From: Candidatus Poribacteria bacterium
GTDB lineage: Bacteria > Poribacteria > WGA-4E > PCPOR2b
Reading direction: 5' to 3'
Length of the DNA: 64,000 nucleotides
Assembly: GCA_965223985.1 (NCBI GenBank)
Contig: OZ245030.1
Span: 1,924,029 to 1,988,028, forward strand
Shown: positions 57,918-64,000 of the stretch, in pieces
How the letters are laid out: every line of letters starts with the position of its first letter
How positions within the stretch are numbered: position 1 is the stretch's first letter
Position numbers and translations under genes: made by a program
The notes under the pieces: model-generated
Databases searched by the model: none
What the model saw: only the letters and a program-made list of their open reading frames with translations
Told to the model about the DNA's origin: nothing

Positions 57918-60384
57918 TTCCCAATCCCATCCGGTATTTGATGTCGTAGTTGATGATAAAGTCTAATTCCTCGTCTGTGAAGCCGTAGTGTTGGGCAAGG
58001 ATACGGTCTATCTTATCTATGATGGATTTGGAATGGCGGGGATAAAATTCGTCATAGACAACACGGCCCGTTGTTTGGTAGTTGGTTTCCTTACGTTGAG
58101 CGTGACGTTTCAAATCCTCCATCAAGTCTGCGACAATCGCCTCAAGGCTTTCCTTTATCGGTGGCTTAAATTCATTGACGCCGATTGGAAAATTCGCAAT
58201 TTCACGAAAAATCAGGTCCCGGCAATTAGAAAGCGCTACAAACCACCAAAAAAAAAGCGAACTATTCATGGCCGCGATGACTACGGATGCATCTAATTCG
58301 GAAGTCAAGTGCAGAAATTTTATATGGCTTGAAATCTTCTCTCCATCCCGTTCATTCCAAAAATACGGAGCAAAGTCCATTGCCCTAATCCAGTAACGTG
58401 GCGAGTTATGGAAATAGAGTGTAAAGGAAGTTGGTTTAGTAGGAAGCCGTGTACCTAAAGCTGGGAATTTGGCTAATTTTGCCCAAATGTCCTGTTCAAC
58501 TTTACTGCAAATTTTGGGCGTGGAATTTTGAAACGAAAGTTGAGAAATTTCTGTATGTTCCATGACAGCAAAGAGATGCGAGCGGAATTGTTCATTCCAT
58601 CTGTGATAGCGAGATGAGTACAACGAGCAAGATGGCTTTGAATTCTGCTGAATTATATAGATTGCTAACCGTTGATCTGCTCCCTGAAACAATTTTGCCG
58701 GACGGATGCTATATGTTTGTACCCACCCATCCCGCCTTGAACGATGGAATAACCCTTGAAGACATGACATTCTATCAGTACAGAAAGCGGAATGTGGAAT
58801 TATCATCGATTTCCAACCGCTTCGCTGGAGAAGACGTAAGCTTCTTTCAAAAATAAACGCGTACAAATTACCACAACTCTTCGTCTCATACCGTTTGATG
58901 GTGTAATCATTCTGTACCTTGTTATATTCCACATACGGCGGATTGCCAATAATCACATCAAACCCTCCATCCTTTAGAATACCGAAAAATTCGATAAACC
59001 AGTGAAACGGTTTATGTGAATGAAGCCAGTTTTGGTAATTAGGTTCGTTGTTCGGATCCGTCTCGTATTCGTCAGCCAGATAGCGGTTTAGTTCATCTTT
59101 TAACCTGTTTAGTTCATATTGCAACTTTTGTTTGTCAGTAGGAGTTACAACACCACGCAATTCAGTCTGTTGCTGTCGAAACTGCTCAAACAGGCGTTCA
59201 ATGCTCTCTGCACTCTGTTTAATGCGCTGCATGGTATTGTAGAAGTCTATTTTATTTTCGGTAACCGCTCTTTCTACCTCGTCGTATGTAGCGTACCCGA
59301 CGAGCGTATTCCCCGCCTGTATGTTAAAGTCGATATCTGGCAGGGGTTCAATATCGTTGATGTCCTCGATCTGTGCAACTATCTTGAGAAATAGGCGCAA
59401 CTTGCATATTTCGACTGCCTCATCCATAATGTCTACGCCGTAGAGGTTGTTGATGATTATTGACTTAAGGATGAAGTATTTGCGGTTTGCGTGTTCATCA
59501 ACGCGATCAAGGGTTTTCCTGAAGTCGGCGTATTTCTTGGAATGCGGTGATTCGCCGGTATTCGGTAATTCGTCTAAGAAAACCTGCATTCGGTCAAGAC
59601 AGGCTTCGTAGAGCGGTTCAAGGATATTGAGGGCAGCGAACAGGAAGGCACCCGAGCCGCAAGTTGGATCGAGGACAGTCGCCTGAGTGATGGCGCTCCA
59701 GAAGGCGCGCAGCAGTTTGGGACCTTCACAGTTTTCAATCACGTCCTGTGCGAATTGTCGGATATTGAGATTATAGGTAATTAAATCATTTACCTCGTGG
59801 ATTTCGCCGTTGGAAAGCTTTGCGTGTATTTCATTGTATCGCGTGCGGCGTGCGACCACCTCCCGCCATAACTCTGTCGGCAAGGCGTAATCGTCTGGCG
59901 CGCGCGTGTTCCATTCGGTGCGTGCCGACACATCGTTGATTCCGTCGGCGATTTTTGCTGGTAGATTGAGTTTTACACCCTTCTTGACGGCATCGTAGAT
60001 ATAGCGGTTTGGATCGTCGACCAGCAGTTGCCATACAGTGGAGGCGGTGTCGTGGGTAGCGGTCGAATCTCTATCGCCCTCGGTATTCACTCGGTTGATC
60101 GGCGTGAATGCGATTTTGCAGTTTTCTCGCGCCGTATCTAGGAGGAACGGAACGATTGTGTTTTTGCTGATGTATTCCGTAATGTCCTCTTTGGTGTAGT
60201 AGGCGCCCATCTGTTTCTGGTTGATGTATTTTTCAAAGATGTAGCCGAGGACGTCGGGGTTAATTTCGTTATCATTCCGCAGTGGACGGTCGTCCAGATG
60301 CCATTGGTACGCCTCAAAAAAATTGAAAAGCCTTTCAAATGCCGCGTCAGCAATCTGAATCGTTTCCCCTATGAAGTTCCTCAA
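57910..60384 (-). CDS. N6-adenine DNA methyltransferase, C-terminal 825 codons of an MmeI/PglX/DrmMI-type enzyme
   Basis: NPPY motif (VIIGNPPYVEYNK); SAM-binding LDPTCGSGAFL; N-terminal LGYIFEKYIN…GAYYT motif. Confidence 0.7.
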   Translation of the reverse strand: MRNFIGETIQIADAAFERLFNFFEAYQWHLDDRPLRNDNEINPDVLGYIFEKYINQKQMGAYYTKEDITEYISKNTIVPFLLDTARENCKIAFTPINRVNTEGDRDSTATHDTASTVWQLLVDDPNRYIYDAVKKGVKLNLPAKIADGINDVSARTEWNTRAPDDYALPTELWREVVARRTRYNEIHAKLSNGEIHEVNDLITYNLNIRQFAQDVIENCEGPKLLRAFWSAITQATVLDPTCGSGAFLFAALNILEPLYEACLDRMQVFLDELPNTGESPHSKKYADFRKTLDRVDEHANRKYFILKSIIINNLYGVDIMDEAVEICKLRLFLKIVAQIEDINDIEPLPDIDFNIQAGNTLVGYATYDEVERAVTENKIDFYNTMQRIKQSAESIERLFEQFRQQQTELRGVVTPTDKQKLQYELNRLKDELNRYLADEYETDPNNEPNYQNWLHSHKPFHWFIEFFGILKDGGFDVIIGNPPYVEYNKVQNDYTIKRYETKSCGNLYAFIFERSLRLLQRSGWKSMIIPHSAFCTDRMSCLQGLFHRSRRDGWVQTYSIRPAKLFQGADQRLAIYIIQQNSKPSCSLYSSRYHRWNEQFRSHLFAVMEHTEISQLSFQNSTPKICSKVEQDIWAKLAKFPALGTRLPTKPTSFTLYFHNSPRYWIRAMDFAPYFWNERDGEKISSHIKFLHLTSELDASVVIAAMNSSLFFWWFVALSNCRDLIFREIANFPIGVNEFKPPIKESLEAIVADLMEDLKRHAQRKETNYQTTGRVVYDEFYPRHSKSIIDKIDRILAQHYGFTDEELDFIINYDIKYRMGLGND

Positions 60385-61237
60385 GTTGGTGCCGTTGAAA
60401 GATACCGCCGTTCAGGTACGGCACTGTTCCGAGCAGCCGCCTTGCCTCTGCATTTCGATCGGACTCCGGTTTCGCAAACCCTTCAAAGAATAGGGGGCAG
60501 AGAAAATTGGTATAGTAAAAATCTGTACATCCTGCTTTGCTTTCTGTCAGTTTGGTTTGCAGATAGTTTGTGTCGTCGTTTAGGAAGCTCTTTTTTTGGA
60601 TAAAGTAGATGAACATCAGACGGTTCAGCATCACCGAGGCATACCAGCGTTCCATTTCCTCATCAGGAATTCCTTCAAGGAAATTGAGAAATGCACTGTG
60701 CTCTGCTTTGAAACGATCGTAGAATTTCTTGGTGATTCTTTCAACATCAAATGCTGCCCGAACACGCCCGGTTACGTCTACCAGTGTGAGACTTTCTTCC
60801 TCCTCTAAACTGAACGCAATTCTTTCGAGTTTTTGAACTAGTGCTTCACCGGACTGTTCACTATCATAACGGTGTTCACGACATGCGAGGGGTTTCCCCG
60901 GTTCTCGTTTGACCGATTGCCAGATTTGCGTGGTTTTTTCAGGGTCGGTGTAGATGATAAGGTGCTCGTGGACAGATTTGGCGACTCGCCGTTGAATTTT
61001 GCCTCGTGCCGCATGGTCTGGGATACTTCCGTCGATCCGCCCCGAACAGTGAAAGACCGCTAACCCACGTTTTTCTGCGACCGCGGTCAGTCGATATTCC
61101 CCGTAATCCGCCTCACTCTCTCGGATTTCAGCTTTAACTTCTTCTCTGAGGCGCTCCCAGCCGAGTTCCTCAATAAAGAGGGGTTCAAATTCAAAGTCTC
61201 GCAGGCGTTGGCGGGTTATGTGCCGATTAAATTGCAT
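60347..61237 (-). CDS. N-terminal ~296-codon segment of the same methyltransferase, in a different frame
   Basis: Carries the family-specific VPYLNGGIF and FFEGF motifs; overlaps the downstream ORF by 38 nt in another frame, so a frameshift or sequencing error splits the gene. Confidence 0.6.
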   Translation of the reverse strand: MQFNRHITRQRLRDFEFEPLFIEELGWERLREEVKAEIRESEADYGEYRLTAVAEKRGLAVFHCSGRIDGSIPDHAARGKIQRRVAKSVHEHLIIYTDPEKTTQIWQSVKREPGKPLACREHRYDSEQSGEALVQKLERIAFSLEEEESLTLVDVTGRVRAAFDVERITKKFYDRFKAEHSAFLNFLEGIPDEEMERWYASVMLNRLMFIYFIQKKSFLNDDTNYLQTKLTESKAGCTDFYYTNFLCPLFFEGFAKPESDRNAEARRLLGTVPYLNGGIFQRHQLEELHRGNDSDC

Positions 61238-61429
61238 CGGTGCTCTCCTCTTGGGGCAAGCCTCGCCGAATAACAGTTTGAAACTTGTAATGATATGTCG
61301 AAACCCAACGATTTATTTGTTTATCTTCGGATTTAGCGCGGGTGCAGGGTGCTCGACCCCCTCTAGCTCCCCCTTGGCAAGGGGGAGGATTTTCCGAGAC
61401 TGTTTTTTGAAAAACTTGGTTTTCCAGGT

Positions 61430-64000
61430 TCAGGATGTATTTTCGGCGAGCCCTAGCGAACAGATAATCTGGGGTTCTCGCGTTTCTCTTTCTCGTTCAA
61501 CGATACAGAGTCGGTCTTCGTCGCGCAGTGTAATCACAAGCTCCGCAAGCAGTTGGTCGGTGATTCCGCTGCGAAGTTGTCGATTGAGGGCATCGGTCGC
61601 TGCTTGGCGGAGCGGGAATCGGTAAATCTCGTCAATCGCTCGTTTGAGTTCAGGAATGTCGAACAACTCGCCTCTCACGTCGTCGGCATACCGCTTGAGC
61701 CGTTCATAGGTGCGGAACCGCGCCCCTGATGGTCGTCCCAATCCGCCGCCGATTGATCGCTCTTCGGACAGCATCAACTCCGCCCCTTTTTGTACCAGTT
61801 GATGGTGCTCCCTTAACGGTGGCAGCGCCTCAGTGCCGGGTGCGCAGGCGGCAGCACGCAGAATCGCAAACTGAGATTCTGTCACGCTATTACCGTCGCG
61901 ATTCATCCATGCTAGCACGTCGTTTCCTTCTCCGGTGCGCATATAAATCAGTGCACCTTCCGGCTCCGCATCTGTTGGCAAGTGGGATTTTGTCGAATAA
62001 ACGACCGCTGGAAGTCTAGAAATCGTGCGTTTCAGACTAGGATTTTCAGTAATCGCGTTTTTCCAAATCTGATAGGCGTAAGAAGCGAGATCGACATCGT
62101 CGTCCGCGGAATCGTCAAGCAAGCCCGCCTTTTCGTCGTAGAGGTTAACAATTGTCGTCGCGTCGTCATCGTCTTCAAAGAATGTTTCATCTGTGCCGAC
62201 GACTTCTGCGTTCTGAAGAAGACGTGCCCGAACGCGCGCACGTAAGGTAATGAGGCGCTCGACACCCTCGGCTGGCAAAAAGGAGTAGCACAGGATTCTC
62301 TCGGCTTCCTGACCGATGCGGTCGATGCGTCCAGCGCGTTGCACTAAACGTATGATCGCCCACGGCAGGTCGTAGTTCACGACGACGGAACAGTCCTGCA
62401 GATTTTGTCCTTCACTCAGGATATCAGTGCTGACTAGGATGCGCAACTCGTCACTCGGTGCGATTTTATCTCGCCTATTGTTGCTAACGGGACTGAATCG
62501 CCACGCCAACACCGTGGGGTTTTGTGAGTCGCCGGTCACCGCCTCAATACGAGATATGCCTCGCGCCGAAAGTTCATCCTTGAGATAGCGTACCGTATCG
62601 GCAAATTGGCTGAAAACCAGGACTTTCTCATCCGGGTGGGTTCGGGTTAATAGATTCTCAAGTGCGTTCAATTTTTCATCGGCGGCGGCATCCCATGCGC
62701 CGTAGGACTGTAGGATTTTAATCAAGTGGTGCGCGTCGGACGCAAGATTTTCCCGAAGGGAATAGCGAAAGAGATTCGTACGAATCCACTTAAACCGACC
62801 CTTATATTGCGTCGCGTAGAACTGATAGATTTCAGCGGCTCGCGCTCTGAAGTCACCCGGTGTGTTCAAACTGCGTTGCGCTGTGGTGTCCTCTATCTCC
62901 TCGTTGTCCTCCTCAAAGGGATTAGAAATAACGTTGAGTGCATCGGTGTCTTCGTCGTAGATGCGCGCATCAAGCATCTCGGCATTTTGCGCACCGATTG
63001 GCAGTGGATGATTATTTTCGATGGCATAGAGGTAAACATGGTTTCTCAAGACGTGTCGTTCAACGGATTGAATAAACGCCCTGCCGCCGCTTTCCAGACG
63101 CTTGAAGAGGTTATTTCGACAGAAGCCTATCAGCCGTTGTCCACCGCGTGAGAGATTCTCCAACTGTTCCTGTTCAGCACTAGTGGGGGGCTCTGATGGC
63201 GAATCGCTGATATAATTTGCCAGTCCGTATCGGGGCAATCTCAGGTTGCCGATGGTATTTACGACAGGTTCAGAATATAGCTGCGCGTATTGGTCATTGG
63301 GATTTTCGTCATCAATTTTGAACTTCACGGTTTTTGGGATTCGGGTTGGAAAGTATGAACGGCTTCCGTCGGGAAAGGTGAGGAACCTTCGTCCTGTTTC
63401 AGTGTCTGTTTCGGCGTAGTTTTCGGAGATGAAGCTGCGTGTGCGGCGGACAAGAAAGAGCCGCATCAGTTCGCGCCAATCGTCGATGTGCTCACTATGT
63501 TCAAAGGCTGGGAGCGTTCGAGGACCGCTTTGGTGTTCACGAATGAACTCGGGTTCGCCGCCCAAGGATTTAATATACTGGTCGGGTCGAATCCCCAAGT
63601 TTCTGTCCTCTTCAACAAACAGCCGCAACTGGTTGGAGAGATCGACGTAGTTTTTGTTGTAAGGAGTTGCGGAGAGGAGGATGACTTTGCTGTCGTTCTG
63701 TTGCATGTATTCCTGAATGGCGCGATAGCGTTTGCCCTCGCGGTTTCTTAGGTTATGGCTCTCATCAATGAGAACAAGGCGATAGCGTCGAAGGTCTGGC
63801 AATGTATCGGTTACACGGCTCAATGAAAGAACAGTGCCGCGCAAGCCATATTTTTGGCGATAATCCTCCCACATTGCAACCAGATTCTTGGGGCAGATAA
63901 TTAGGGTCTCAAGTCCGTAATCGTCCTCAAGGATTCGCGCGAGCGCCGTTCCCATCAGGGTTTTTCCTAAGCCGACGACATCTCCAATCATCACGCCGCC
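61430..64000 (-). CDS. SNF2-family helicase (partial, N-terminus beyond window)
   Basis: Walker A GDVVGLGKT; DEAH-like LIDESHNLRN; helicase C motifs (…SEGQNLQDCSVVVNYDLPWAIIRLVQRAGRIDRIGQ…). Confidence 0.8.
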   Translation of the reverse strand, partial: GGVMIGDVVGLGKTLMGTALARILEDDYGLETLIICPKNLVAMWEDYRQKYGLRGTVLSLSRVTDTLPDLRRYRLVLIDESHNLRNREGKRYRAIQEYMQQNDSKVILLSATPYNKNYVDLSNQLRLFVEEDRNLGIRPDQYIKSLGGEPEFIREHQSGPRTLPAFEHSEHIDDWRELMRLFLVRRTRSFISENYAETDTETGRRFLTFPDGSRSYFPTRIPKTVKFKIDDENPNDQYAQLYSEPVVNTIGNLRLPRYGLANYISDSPSEPPTSAEQEQLENLSRGGQRLIGFCRNNLFKRLESGGRAFIQSVERHVLRNHVYLYAIENNHPLPIGAQNAEMLDARIYDEDTDALNVISNPFEEDNEEIEDTTAQRSLNTPGDFRARAAEIYQFYATQYKGRFKWIRTNLFRYSLRENLASDAHHLIKILQSYGAWDAAADEKLNALENLLTRTHPDEKVLVFSQFADTVRYLKDELSARGISRIEAVTGDSQNPTVLAWRFSPVSNNRRDKIAPSDELRILVSTDILSEGQNLQDCSVVVNYDLPWAIIRLVQRAGRIDRIGQEAERILCYSFLPAEGVERLITLRARVRARLLQNAEVVGTDETFFEDDDDATTIVNLYDEKAGLLDDSADDDVDLASYAYQIWKNAITENPSLKRTISRLPAVVYSTKSHLPTDAEPEGALIYMRTGEGNDVLAWMNRDGNSVTESQFAILRAAACAPGTEALPPLREHHQLVQKGAELMLSEERSIGGGLGRPSGARFRTYERLKRYADDVRGELFDIPELKRAIDEIYRFPLRQAATDALNRQLRSGITDQLLAELVITLRDEDRLCIVERERETREPQIICSLGLAENTS

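Noticed and set aside
57910-64000. Complete DISARM or BREX system
   Set aside because: Only helicase and methyltransferase components are visible. No DrmA/B/C, PglZ, BrxC or BrxL-like genes follow the methyltransferase. The call is left open as an incomplete or variant system pending sequence beyond the window.

Overview
This is a 64-kb bacterial chromosomal segment of roughly 50% GC, from a lineage I cannot assign from sequence alone. It reads as a mosaic of housekeeping genes and accessory blocks.

Housekeeping content, in order along the window:
- A pair of M16 (pitrilysin-family) peptidases at the 5' edge.
- A mlaE-mlaF-mlaD lipid-transport cassette, followed by a serine-palmitoyltransferase-like alpha-oxoamine synthase and a ~400-aa GNAT-fold acyltransferase.
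- tpiA-secG, a fused ABC permease, and amtB-glnK with a sigma-54-like promoter.
- A second, large M16 peptidase and a CDP-alcohol phosphatidyltransferase.

Accessory and mobile content:
- A decayed propeller/Y_Y_Y/PP2C sensor gene carrying an in-frame TGA and an internal deletion.
- Directly beside it, an 822-bp IS5-family insertion with recognisable terminal inverted repeats.
- A large BNR (sialidase-like) repeat protein.
- A block of large uncharacterised proteins at 22-26 kb.
- A tandemly duplicated promoter-plus-ORF module at 26.3-28.1 kb, whose first copy is degenerate.

The most unusual region is a ~11.5-kb single-strand array at 28.8-40.3 kb:
- Three TolB-like beta-propeller paralogs, a small bacterial-PH-domain membrane protein, four LamG-like secreted proteins in an A-B-A-B pattern, and four cytoplasmic PhyH-family Fe(II)/2-oxoglutarate dioxygenase paralogs.
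- The propeller and LamG proteins are unrelated in fold but share a conserved extreme C-terminal tail (V-S-P-A-x-K-[RL]-x-[LT]-[ST]-W-G-x-[IL]-K), which suggests a common targeting or processing route.
- The array shows clear signs of recent recombination: near-identical ~0.8-kb direct repeats, a PhyH 5' remnant fused upstream of a LamG gene, and conserved intergenic hairpins.

The 3' end (51-64 kb) looks like a defence island:
- An AAA ATPase plus small partner pair.
- A HigB/RelE-like toxin next to a TPR protein whose N-terminus looks like the cognate antidote domain.
- An AT-rich islet with an Abi_C/TIGR02391-like protein.
- An N6-adenine (NPPY) MmeI/PglX/DrmMI-like methyltransferase split by a frameshift.
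- A SNF2-family helicase that runs off the window edge.

No rRNA, tRNA or CRISPR array was recognised.
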